A DNA stretch of 64,000 nt from an uncultured Bacillota bacterium (lineage in GTDB: Bacteria; Bacillota_I; Bacilli_A; RFN20; CAG-288): positions 17,516 through 81,515 of the forward strand of contig CASDVP010000001.1 in assembly GCA_949284445.1 (NCBI GenBank), given 5' to 3'. This document shows positions 1 to 10,500 of the stretch, piece by piece; the first letter of the stretch is position 1; every line of letters starts with the position of its first letter. The notes beneath the pieces were generated by a model that searched no databases, was not told where the DNA came from, and saw nothing but the letters and a program-made list of their open reading frames with translations. Position numbers and translations under genes: made by a program.

Positions 1-94
1 CCTGAGACGATGTGAACAGATTTTTTATCAGATATACACTTAATTATATATTAAGAAACTATATTTTTATATAAAACATCAAATAATGAAATTG

Positions 95-646
95 TTAAAT
101 TTTGTTTTTATCTAAATAATTAGTGATGATATCTAGTATTTTCGAAAGAATTTTCAGACTTTCAGATGGCTGTTTGTAATTTTCTAATGAATGCGATAAT
201 CCAGGTAAAACAAAGGCGTTTTTATCGTGTGAAAAAATATCTTTTGCTTCTGGTAAAAACCGATCTTGATCTCCTGTTATAACAAGATCTGTTTCTTTGA
301 TAAAAGGTAAAGTCTCACGCAATGGAGTAAAATAGATTTCAGTGATATTTTTATCTTTATATTGTTCTCTGATCTCACCAGCGACCACTGTTCCTAAAGA
401 TTTGGAAATAAATACTATTTGAGAATACAAACTTATATCTATTTGTGAAAGTTTGTTTATTGTATAGTCATAAGCTTCTTTATGATTTTCTTCTAGTGAG
501 CTGAGACTTTCTGTCTCTTTTGGTTTGTCATAATGCAAATACAACATCTCAAAATCCTTATTCCTTAATAACAAGGATGAAAAGTATAAAAGAGAGCGAT
601 CACAACTATATCTTCTTCCGGGAAAAACTATACAAAGTTTCTTCAT
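95..646 (-). CDS. alpha/beta-hydrolase fold protein
   Basis: FPG oxyanion motif near the N-terminus, SKSLG nucleophile elbow, GDQD and HSLE motifs; GAGGTG SD upstream. Confidence 0.75.
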   Translation of the reverse strand: MKKLCIVFPGRRYSCDRSLLYFSSLLLRNKDFEMLYLHYDKPKETESLSSLEENHKEAYDYTINKLSQIDISLYSQIVFISKSLGTVVAGEIREQYKDKNITEIYFTPLRETLPFIKETDLVITGDQDRFLPEAKDIFSHDKNAFVLPGLSHSLENYKQPSESLKILSKILDIITNYLDKNKI

Positions 647-705
647 TTATCACCTCGATCAATTTAAACCTTATATAATATATAAAGAAAGGAGAAGTGT
701 TTTCT

Positions 706-939
706 ATGAAAGAGTTATTGAAAGGTGTAGTGTTGATGATGAAAGACAATAAAGTTCTTTTATTATGCAACAATAGATATTATATCTTGCGCGGTAATTA
801 TGAGACTGGAAAAGAGGTTCAATTCGATCCTGAAGATGCTCTTCAGATGCCTTCCTATCTTTTCGCAATCGCTGCTATGGAAGAAGAGAATTTAGATGAC
901 ACATTGGACTTCATCCAATCCAAATGGTTTAACAAGTAA
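706..939 (+). CDS. small hypothetical protein
   Basis: SD AAAGGAG at 688-694 suits ATG 706 better than GTG 697; a short hairpin follows the stop. Confidence 0.6.
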   Translation: MKELLKGVVLMMKDNKVLLLCNNRYYILRGNYETGKEVQFDPEDALQMPSYLFAIAAMEEENLDDTLDFIQSKWFNK

Positions 940-1014
940 AGTTTAGATACTTTACCATCTAATTTATACGTCGTTGCTTCTTTGTAACAACATTTTTATG
1001 TTGCTGTGTAATAG

Positions 1015-1043
1015 TTGATAGATAGATTAACTTTATATAAAAT
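1015..1043 (+). promoter_or_regulatory. sigma-A promoter of the P-type ATPase transcript
   Basis: TTGATA(1015-1020)-N17-TAAAAT(1038-1043), immediately 5' of the riboswitch. Confidence 0.7.
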
Positions 1044-1050
1044 ATTAAGG

Positions 1051-1147
1051 CGCTTATTAGGGGAGTAATTTAATCTCTTTTTTCGACATACCGCTAGAAA
1101 ATTCTAGCCGGATAAGAGACCTCTAGGAGGAATGAGACCTAAAAGCA
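1051..1147 (+). ncRNA. yybP-ykoY (Mn2+-sensing) riboswitch
   Basis: P1 gcttattagg/cctaaaagc enclosing L1 motifs GGGGAGUA and GAGACC; L3 motif CGACAUAC; hairpins GCTAGAA/TTCTAGC and CCTC/GAGG; sits upstream of a type II P-ATPase as in Lactococcus yoaB. Confidence 0.85.
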
Positions 1148-1160
1148 GAAAGGATTAGAC

Positions 1161-4100
1161 ATGGCTCAAAAAGAAGAAGAAAAGAAACCAGTCGAACAGC
1201 AAGAAGACTTCTCTTCTTATTCAGTTTCGGTAGAAGAAGTTGAAAAGCACTATCAAACTGATGCTGAAAATGGTCTCACAACTGAAGAAGCTCAAAGACG
1301 TTTAGAAAAATATGGTCTAAACAAGCTTCAAGAAGGTAAAAAAGTCCCCTTTATCATCAAGCTATTAAAGCAGTTCATCGAACCGATGGTCATCGTTTTA
1401 TTAGTAGCTGCAGTCATCTCTTTAGGTATCTTCATATTTGATACTGTCACCGCTGAAAAAGGTGCACCTGCCTCAACGGAATGGATCGATTGTGTCGTCA
1501 TTTTAGCGATCGTCATCATCAATGCCTTGATAGGTGCTATTCAAGAGCAGAAAGCTGAACAATCATTAGAAGCTTTAAAGAAGTTATCAACTCCGCATTG
1601 CACTGTGAAGAGAGATGGTAAACTAGTCACTATTAAAGCTGAAGAATGTGTTCCTGGTGATTTAGTCATTTTAGAGGAAGGTAATATCATTCCTGCTGAT
1701 TTGAGATTAGTCACATCAATAGATATGAAATCAGATGAATCTTCGTTGACAGGTGAATCAGTCCCTGCCGACAAAGATGCAAAAGTCATTTTACCAAAAG
1801 ATACAGTCACCGGTGATAGAGCTAATATTGCTCATATGTCTTGCCCGATATCATACGGACGCGGAACCGGTATTGTAATCGGCACTGGTATGAATACCGA
1901 AGTCGGTAAAATTGCTACCATGTTGACTGATTCTGAAGATGAAGAAACTCCATTACAAAAGAAATTAGCAGTCTTATCTAAGCAATTAGGTTTGATTTGT
2001 TTAATCATCGTTGTCGTGACTTTTTTAGTCGGCGTTATCTCTGCTTGTGTCAAATGCGGCATGAATAATACTTGGGATTCGATCGGCTTTGAAATTTTAG
2101 CTTTATTCGAATCAGCTATCGCCTTAGCTGTCGCTGCTATACCTGAAGGTTTACCAGCTATCGTCACCATCGCCTTGGCGTTGGGCGTCGGCAAAATGGT
2201 CAAAGTCAACACCATCGTTCGCAAGTTACCATCAGTTGAAACTTTAGGTTCTGTTACCGTCGTCTGTTCTGATAAGACTGGAACTTTAACTCAAAACAGA
2301 ATGACAGTCAAAAAGGTTTACGTCAATCAAAAAACCTATGACGCTGATAAAGCTGAAGGTCAACGTTTCTTAGCTACTGGTATGATGCTTTGTTCAAATG
2401 CATCCATCAACGGCGATCGCTATGGTGATCCTACCGAATTAGCTTTATTAGATTATGCCCATACTTTAGGAATCGAAAAAGAAGAAACTGAAAAGAATGA
2501 AGAACCAAGATTAGATGAATTACCTTTCGATTCAGTCAGAAAGATGATGTCGACGGAGAATCGTCTTCCGGATGGTCGTAAAATCATCTATACCAAAGGT
2601 GCTTTAGATTCGATTTTAAAACATACTGACTTCATCGATATCAACGGAAATGTAAGACCGATCACTGAACAAGATATCATAGATATCAACAAGGCTTCTT
2701 CCGATATGGCTAAAGAAGCTTATCGTGTCTTAGCATTCGCATATCGCTACAATGATAGCGACAATCGCTTAAGCGAAGATCATCTCATCTATTGCGGTAT
2801 GGTCGGTATGATCGACCCAGAAAGAGCAGAAGCCGCTCCAGCTGTTGCCACTTTCAAAAAAGCTGGTATCAGAACTGTCATGATCACTGGTGACCATAAA
2901 GATACCGCCTTCGCTATCGCTAAAAACTTAGGAATCGCTGATGATATCAATCAATGCATGAGCGGTGATGAGATCAATGCTCTCAGCGAAGATGAGCTCA
3001 AAGAAAAGGTCAATACGACCAACGTCTTCGCACGTGTCTCACCCGAGAACAAAGTTCAGATCGTCAAAGCTTTGAAAGCTAATCACAATATTGTCTCTAT
3101 GACTGGTGATGGTGTTAACGATGCTCCATCCTTAAAAGCTGCTGATATCGGTATCGCCATGGGTATCACTGGAACTGATGTCGCTAAATCAGCTGCAGAT
3201 ATGGTTTTAACCGATGATAACTTCGCTTCTATTGAAAAAGCTGTTGAAGAAGGTAGAGGTATCTTTTCTAACGTCAAAAAAGCGATTTTCTATCTCTTAT
3301 CATCCAATTTTGCGGAAGTGTTAGTCATGTTCTTCTTCACCATCTTCACCGCTTTCCAAACCAGATATCCGATCATCTTACCATTAGCTACTCTTCACGT
3401 CTTATGGATCAATTTGATCACCGACTCCTTACCGGCAATCGCCTTAGGTATGGATGATAAAGAAAAAGAAATCATGGATCAAAAACCGAGAAATCCAGAT
3501 GATGGCGTCTTTGCTCACGGTGGTCTTAAATTCACCCTCTTCTATGGTGTCATCATATTCTTGATAACTGCTATCGCTTTCTTCTTACCTGTCTTTGAAC
3601 ATATGAATGAAGTCAGAATCGGCGATACCTTCACTTATGGTGATGAAATTGTGACCATTACATCTGGTTGGGAATGGTCATTAGATGGTCTCTACAATTG
3701 TATGAATTCTTCAGCGGTCGCTGTCAATTCAGCTGGTGAAGATATCATCGTTCATGTTGGCGTTCACCAAGTCAATGGTGCATGGACGCCTTGGCAAACA
3801 GTCTATGCTACCGAAGAAGCCCTTGATGCTTTGCAATTCTCTGATGGCGTATTAAATGTTCATGAACAAGCTCAAACATTTGCCTTCACAGTTTTAGCTA
3901 TGGCTCAGGTCTTCCACATGATCGGTATGACTGATTTGAAACATTCCTTCATCAACGTTTTCAAAGGTAAGAATTGGATGTTATTAGTCGCTTTCGTCTT
4001 CGGTCTTGGTATGCAGGTCTTAGTCACTGAAGTCGACGCTATGAACAACATCTTCAAAACTACACACCTCCTCTTCTTAGAATGGTTAGAGCTATTAGGA

Positions 4101-4175
4101 TTCGCAGTAATTCCGTTAGTCGTTCACGAGATATTGGCTCCGTTCTTCAGAAAGAAACAGGTTCAAATTATCTAA
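1161..4175 (+). CDS. type IIA cation-transporting P-type ATPase (Ca2+/Mn2+, YoaB/LMCA1-like)
   Basis: TGES, PEGL, DKTGTLT phosphorylation site, KGA, MITGD and GDGVND motifs. Confidence 0.95.
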   Translation: MAQKEEEKKPVEQQEDFSSYSVSVEEVEKHYQTDAENGLTTEEAQRRLEKYGLNKLQEGKKVPFIIKLLKQFIEPMVIVLLVAAVISLGIFIFDTVTAEKGAPASTEWIDCVVILAIVIINALIGAIQEQKAEQSLEALKKLSTPHCTVKRDGKLVTIKAEECVPGDLVILEEGNIIPADLRLVTSIDMKSDESSLTGESVPADKDAKVILPKDTVTGDRANIAHMSCPISYGRGTGIVIGTGMNTEVGKIATMLTDSEDEETPLQKKLAVLSKQLGLICLIIVVVTFLVGVISACVKCGMNNTWDSIGFEILALFESAIALAVAAIPEGLPAIVTIALALGVGKMVKVNTIVRKLPSVETLGSVTVVCSDKTGTLTQNRMTVKKVYVNQKTYDADKAEGQRFLATGMMLCSNASINGDRYGDPTELALLDYAHTLGIEKEETEKNEEPRLDELPFDSVRKMMSTENRLPDGRKIIYTKGALDSILKHTDFIDINGNVRPITEQDIIDINKASSDMAKEAYRVLAFAYRYNDSDNRLSEDHLIYCGMVGMIDPERAEAAPAVATFKKAGIRTVMITGDHKDTAFAIAKNLGIADDINQCMSGDEINALSEDELKEKVNTTNVFARVSPENKVQIVKALKANHNIVSMTGDGVNDAPSLKAADIGIAMGITGTDVAKSAADMVLTDDNFASIEKAVEEGRGIFSNVKKAIFYLLSSNFAEVLVMFFFTIFTAFQTRYPIILPLATLHVLWINLITDSLPAIALGMDDKEKEIMDQKPRNPDDGVFAHGGLKFTLFYGVIIFLITAIAFFLPVFEHMNEVRIGDTFTYGDEIVTITSGWEWSLDGLYNCMNSSAVAVNSAGEDIIVHVGVHQVNGAWTPWQTVYATEEALDALQFSDGVLNVHEQAQTFAFTVLAMAQVFHMIGMTDLKHSFINVFKGKNWMLLVAFVFGLGMQVLVTEVDAMNNIFKTTHLLFLEWLELLGFAVIPLVVHEILAPFFRKKQVQII

Positions 4176-4205
4176 AAACTTCGAATATTATCTGATAATA
4201 AAAAC

Positions 4206-4247
4206 AAGGTTTGATCAGTTATTAAAACGGCTGATCAAACCTTTTTA
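4206..4247 (+). terminator. intrinsic terminator after the ATPase
   Basis: AAGGTTTGATCAG...CTGATCAAACCTT stem followed by a T-run. Confidence 0.8.
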
Positions 4248-4415
4248 ATTTATATCTTGATAAACAACATTCTTGATTAATCACTTATTAATAAATTTCA
4301 GACTTCGACACTTGTCATTAATACTTTTTACAAATATTTTAATGAATATAGAGAATTTGAAGCTTGTTTACTCAATTGCGCTTTGTGGGGTTTTCTTATC
4401 ACAAAGTGTTACTCA

Positions 4416-6125
4416 TCAATTTGAATAGTGGTAGAGACACAAGCCGCGATCTTTTCTTTGAAGCACATCGACACCGTCAACATATCTATCAGGATCAACA
4501 TGATTCGGGAAAAATTGTTTTTCCATCGTATAAGAATATTCTTTCGTTAAATTCTCGATGATATCGTTTCTTTTCGCCATATTTTCATCATCGATGTTAT
4601 TAAAACTAAAGGGATCTGTATCATCGATCAACACCCACTCTGGTCTCGTGTCTTTAATATATGCGTCAACTTCATCTAAAACAGTCAGCATGGTCGTGTT
4701 ATGCCAAGTTTGGAAAATGAAATGCGGATATTCAGGAGTTCTTTCATTCACTAACCAGAAGGAAGCATTAACATCTAAAGTGAAGATTTCATTATTGCCA
4801 CTATCTTCTAATTCATCCTGTTCTTCGATGTATTTACCGACCTCTCTAAAAGCTTGAATCTTATTATATCCACATGAGAAAAAGCCGTAATATCCAGCAC
4901 AAAAATAAACAAAATCACCGAGTGTTGTGAGGAATAAACCTATTGATAAAGCCGATACGATCAGTAGAGACTTGTTATCGTTTAATAAACCTGGTTTAGA
5001 CGACTTCTTTTCTTTTAAATAAAGTTGTTCGATCAAAATCCCAATCACAGCCATCAAAGTTGGAAAAACAACAATGTAATAATGTGTAAAAGTAGAAAAA
5101 TATGCAAAAAACAATCCGTTTCCGATAACATTTACAATCAGACATAAGATGGCGTTCGATTTAAAATTACCTTTTTTATAAGGTCTGATCAAGAAATAAC
5201 TAAAGAAGGCAGCGAGTAAAAGATCTAAAATCATCAAAGTGATACGCATAAAATTGAAGTGTTCAGATGAATACTTCATATTCATGATGAATGTCTGATC
5301 GATCATTTCATCAAAATATCCGCCAGTAGATGAAACGACTATTGGTATAGCAATTATTATTACAAGCGGAATCAAACAGGCGTTAAAATTAATGAAAAGA
5401 TCAAAGTATTTTTTATTTTTAAATGCATAAATAGCATAAAAAACAACCAAGAAAAGAAGAGGAGCCGCATTAGTGATTCTGACAAAAATCATAATGCCTG
5501 CACCGATACCACAAATGATATTACCTATGAGGAAAAATCTATCATCATCTTTTTGACAAGCCCTTAAGTAACAATACAAAGCTGGAGCGATGAATAAAGA
5601 GGAGAAATCTTCGGTCGTGTTTCCTTCTCTGACAAATCCAGCTATAAAAACATATAACAAAGCAGTGATAAAAGCAGTGAAGTTTGAAAGATTTAATAAG
5701 CCAAAGATCTTAAACATACAAAAGGTGGTGATAGAAAAGATTATCCATTCTCCTAAGAAGAAGCCAAAAGTCGGATGAATCAGATAACAAAGAGCTTGAT
5801 ACCAAAAGAAATAAATTCCTTTATGGTCATAAAAATCAACATATGGTGTTCCACCAGTAGCTATTATTTTTCCGATCTCTTGGAAAATATTAGAGTCTGT
5901 AAACATATATGCATTTTTAGGATAGATCAAAGAAATCGACACAGAAAAGAGATTGATAAAAATAAAAGAAGCTATAAAAATACATAAAAATTGTAATGCA
6001 TTTCTCAATAATGGCTTTTGATCGGCAAATCTAAAGAAATTAGTGAATTTATAAAACTTTTTATCTTTGTTTTCACAATAATTATATATGAAGTTTTTAT
6101 CATTGACTTCTAATGTGCCTTGCAT
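4416..6125 (-). CDS. GT-C superfamily (GT39/ArnT-like) polytopic glycosyltransferase
   Basis: Many hydrophobic helices; PYVDFYDHKG motif in the first external loop; C-terminal soluble domain. Confidence 0.65.
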   Translation of the reverse strand: MQGTLEVNDKNFIYNYCENKDKKFYKFTNFFRFADQKPLLRNALQFLCIFIASFIFINLFSVSISLIYPKNAYMFTDSNIFQEIGKIIATGGTPYVDFYDHKGIYFFWYQALCYLIHPTFGFFLGEWIIFSITTFCMFKIFGLLNLSNFTAFITALLYVFIAGFVREGNTTEDFSSLFIAPALYCYLRACQKDDDRFFLIGNIICGIGAGIMIFVRITNAAPLLFLVVFYAIYAFKNKKYFDLFINFNACLIPLVIIIAIPIVVSSTGGYFDEMIDQTFIMNMKYSSEHFNFMRITLMILDLLLAAFFSYFLIRPYKKGNFKSNAILCLIVNVIGNGLFFAYFSTFTHYYIVVFPTLMAVIGILIEQLYLKEKKSSKPGLLNDNKSLLIVSALSIGLFLTTLGDFVYFCAGYYGFFSCGYNKIQAFREVGKYIEEQDELEDSGNNEIFTLDVNASFWLVNERTPEYPHFIFQTWHNTTMLTVLDEVDAYIKDTRPEWVLIDDTDPFSFNNIDDENMAKRNDIIENLTKEYSYTMEKQFFPNHVDPDRYVDGVDVLQRKDRGLCLYHYSN

Positions 6126-6277
6126 ATTTGATTACCTCTAAATAAATATACTCTTATCTTGTTCAAAAACGAAAAAGAAATCATATTTATTTAACAATGA
6201 GCTTAAGAATATCAATAATACTGATTTGAAATAGAAATATACTTTCTATATACTAAAGCCATATCGGAGGTGTTTAT

Positions 6278-7489
6278 ATGAAGTTAGGTTATTTAGCTAT
6301 TGGAGCGATGTTGTTTTTAACATCTTGTAGTTCTTTAACAACAATAGATGGGGAGATTGTCAATAATGATCTATTAGAAGCTGCTATAAAAGAAGCTATC
6401 AGCAGACCTGAAAATATCACCTCTATGTCATCAAAATCGACTAGTAATAATGACTATCGCCCACTTTATGGTGAAGTAACTAAAGGCATTGCTGTTCAAG
6501 AGCAAACTGAGGAAACGAAATTCACAGCTTACGATAATGATGTCATCAAAATCGATAACCACAGTTCGCAGACTCGTACAATCGATGGTGCTAAAATGAA
6601 GACTGAAGTCAAGCAAACAGAAGTCACCGCTTATACGCCAACACTAGAAAATCAAATTTATTTTTTGAATTATGTCTCTCGCATCGAAACTAAAAAATCA
6701 GGAAACCCTCACTCTTATACCACCTATGAAATCGGTCAAGACCATGAACATATCAGCATAGATGACATCATTCAAGAAATGTTTACTTCTGGTTTTGCAC
6801 CACTCATGTCAAGCAGCGCAACTTTATATAAAATTTCAGATGGATATCGTTTTTATAATAAAACAGTAACAACAAACACTTTAGATAATGAGCTATTCCC
6901 TAATGATGCAGAAAAATCCATAACCACCTATCAAGAAACAATTATAAGTGCAGAGATCAGTTCACACAACGATGTTTATCGCTTAGATAAAATTTATATG
7001 GGTGAATCGATTTTTGCTAAAACAAACTTTTTAGGCGATACTATTAAAGATAAAAAGATTGAAACAGCTGAAGCTGAAATAAGTTTCAGCTATGGTGATA
7101 GATCTAAATATTCTGGTGATATTCCAACTCAAGAAGATTACACCAATAAAACCAGTTATAGTCCGGCTCTATTCATCAATAACAGCCTTGTTCAGTTCAC
7201 TGATTTATCAAATGAATATCAAGCTTTGACTGGCAAAAATTCTTATCTATATCGTTATACATTAGATAGATTTACATCTTCTACATATTCATTACAAATT
7301 GGTTCATCTAATATCGGCGCTGATGCAATCGAAACAGATGACAACATCACTTTGCAATTCACTGGCAGTACTTTCACTTTAACCGAAATTATGACACGAG
7401 AATATAACATTTATTTAGATGTTATTATCGGCGTAGAAAGCCACGTTTATAACGTGATAATTCATTACGGAAACGAACTCATTGACTGA
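6278..7489 (+). CDS. Ser/Thr-rich lipoprotein, function unknown
   Basis: Signal peptide with lipobox LTSC; SD GGAGGTG. Confidence 0.75.
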   Translation: MKLGYLAIGAMLFLTSCSSLTTIDGEIVNNDLLEAAIKEAISRPENITSMSSKSTSNNDYRPLYGEVTKGIAVQEQTEETKFTAYDNDVIKIDNHSSQTRTIDGAKMKTEVKQTEVTAYTPTLENQIYFLNYVSRIETKKSGNPHSYTTYEIGQDHEHISIDDIIQEMFTSGFAPLMSSSATLYKISDGYRFYNKTVTTNTLDNELFPNDAEKSITTYQETIISAEISSHNDVYRLDKIYMGESIFAKTNFLGDTIKDKKIETAEAEISFSYGDRSKYSGDIPTQEDYTNKTSYSPALFINNSLVQFTDLSNEYQALTGKNSYLYRYTLDRFTSSTYSLQIGSSNIGADAIETDDNITLQFTGSTFTLTEIMTREYNIYLDVIIGVESHVYNVIIHYGNELID

Positions 7490-7518
7490 TCAATAGAAGA
7501 TAAAATAAAGTTATGCTT

Positions 7519-7552
7519 AACCATCGCCTTAGCAAATACAGGCGATGGTTTT
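7519..7552. terminator. hairpin terminator between convergent genes
   Basis: AACCATCGCCT...AGGCGATGGTT perfect stem between the stops at 7489 and 7552. Confidence 0.75.
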
Positions 7553-10500
7553 TAAATCTTTTTCTTCAGTTTATCACAGATGTTTATAACTACATTATGA
7601 TCTAGATAATACAAGAAATAAGCAAAAAAGAGTTTGAAATTAGTTTCATTAACAACTGTATCTGTTGCAATTTTAAAGTCTACCATCTCTTTTAAAGCAT
7701 ATATGAACATATGATCTATCGATAAAGATAATTGATTCCTCGCTTCGATCAAAAAATATTTATTATGCATATAACAATATTCAAAAGCTTCTTTCATAAA
7801 GAAAGATAATTCTGAATAGTTAGATACTAAATCATTTTCTAATAAAAACTGATTGATCAATTCTTTATAATAGGTCAATTCTGGTTTGAAAACATCAGCG
7901 ACTACACCTGTACAATCTTTAAAAACATAGGCAGCATGACCATCGAGCAAGCGATGGTTGTTTAACAAGTTAATGTTTACGCTGATATTGTTACTTTCAA
8001 AAGAATCACGATATTCTGAACGAGGTAATATGAAATATCCTTCTTTTAATAATTCGTTATAAAACAAGGTCGAAAAAGTGAAATAATAAGCGCTATATTT
8101 AACACTTTTTATCTTAGAGATACAGATTGGAGCTCTCGTATAATCATTTTTAATCGGAGTTATTTTATATTCATTAAGCAAGTCTTTATCAAATCGATTA
8201 TTACTTTTTGATTTCTTGATCCATAAATCTTTATTCAAGATCGGTAATCCAGTCATACCTGGAATCAAATATGGATAAAGTTTTGTATTATTGAAATGCT
8301 TGACTAAGAATTTACTAGCTTCAATCGCTTTAGGTATTAATTGATAATCTTCTTCACTCACTAATAGCTTATTTTCTTTTGGATCTAAAATAGCCGTCAT
8401 AAATGGACTTAAATAAATCTCTTGTTCGTTTTTAAGACGACTAAAAAGATAAAACCAAGCATCCAATCCCAGTTTGCTGTGGTAATAATAAAATAAAATC
8501 TCATTGAAAAACATGCGACATTTCTTTAGTTGTTTTTCTTCATCTGGACCTATTCCTGGAATTTTTTTATCTAAAATCCAATAATTGAAATATGAGTTTG
8601 AATTATGCTCCATATCAAGTGGAAAATACTCAAAGTAAAGAAGATGTACATTTAAGATAGAAGTGATCAAATTATCAGCGGTGAAAAAACGTTTCATTTT
8701 ACCCGATAATTCAGGTGTTAAAGCTTTAAGAGGATTAGTCGAATCTAAAGCATTTAACAAAACTTTATCATCAAGGCCCATCAAGATCATCTTGATTCTG
8801 CTCAATTGAACATCTTGCTTGATGATTTCTAAATATTCGTCTTTATCGAACATTGAAATGTTCTCTTTTATAAATGGATATGATAATTTCTTACCCTTAT
8901 CTATACTGACATTTAACATCTCTTCTGGCAGACCTAGACTTAGGTTGAGGCTTTTTATTTTTGCTTCTATATTTATCCCTTTTCTATAACCATAAAATGA
9001 AAAATAATTCGTTGAATATTGTTTATTGATTCTGATCAAAGTATTGATTCTATCAACATCTCTTTTATCTAAGTAAATCTCTGACTCTGGTGTCTTGCTA
9101 TATCCACAAAAATATAATCCTTTATGGATATAAGGGTATTCCAAATACGGATTATAAATAATGCATTCCTGATTGAAATAATCGAGCACTCTTTTCGCAT
9201 CATATTTAAAATAATTATTCTTTAATGTCTTAGATTTAGCTTGTATTATATGTAAAAATCCAGCTTGAATGATCAGATATAGCTCTTCAAAACTAAAATC
9301 ATGAGAAGATGAAGAATACGCTTCTTGTAAAGTTAATCCGTCTGTCATCAAATCGAAAATTTTTTTAATAATTTTGATTTGAGCACCAATGGTTTCGTTA
9401 TTTATAATCGCTTGTAATCTATCATTAGATATATTTTCAAATTCTTCTGGACGATCATAATCCTGAAAATTGACAAGAGCTTCTTTATAAAAATTATAAT
9501 CTCCAGTAATTAAAGAATGTATTTTCTTATCTGTGATTGCATTTTCTTTAGCACTGATAATCGTCACCCAATCGTTTGATTGAAACATTGCAAAAGGATT
9601 AGAAATAAATAGACCTTTATCTTCTAGATGTGTCAAATAATAATTTCCTAGCCGTAAAGAAGAAGTCAGATGTTTTTCGATATCTATTTGACCAGTAGGA
9701 TAGACTAATGGCTTACATATTCCAGCAGAAACCTGAGAAATATTGGATTTAAAATTTAATAAATTGACAAAATCATCACTGCTAGCTTGCTGAAAATCAA
9801 AGTACTCGAAGTCTTTAAAAATAATATACGGCATCCCCATCATCTTTAAGAAAACTGCTGGTATGAATTTATATTGATGATGTCTAGTCATAAAGCAATG
9901 GACGGCTTCATAAGCGAATTTGATAGATTGTTTATCAGCTTTATCAAAATAATAACTTTGAAAGATGATATCCTCTCTCATTTGACCATCTTTTTTATAA
10001 AAAAATCTCTCTTTCTTACCGTAAGCAAGAAAATGAGTACCAAAATATATTTGTGAATAATCTGAGTCTAATTCCTCATCGCCATGTTCTAAAACTGTGG
10101 TTCCAAATAAGAATTTATCAGTGTCATAAAAAGTATGATAGAACTGGTTTAATAAACCTTTGATAATGCTATAAAAATAAGTTCTCAAGGCTTTAATTGC
10201 GATTATCTCTTCTTTTTTATTATCACCGATCGGTTGAAAAGCATAATTAAATTTTTCTTCTAGTGTCAGATCATCTAACGGCTTAAAAAACTTGAGATAT
10301 GTATCCTTAGTCAACAAATGGGTATCAGATACGAAATCAATGATTAATTTATCAGCGGTTTCCTCATCTTGAATATAGTTTAACGGCAACCTTTTGATAT
10401 CGATTTTAACCCTTTGATAATCAGAGCTATCATTATCAACTTTATCTCTTAAGCGGAATAAATCTGGAAAATATAACCCCTTAGAGATCAAATAATTCAC

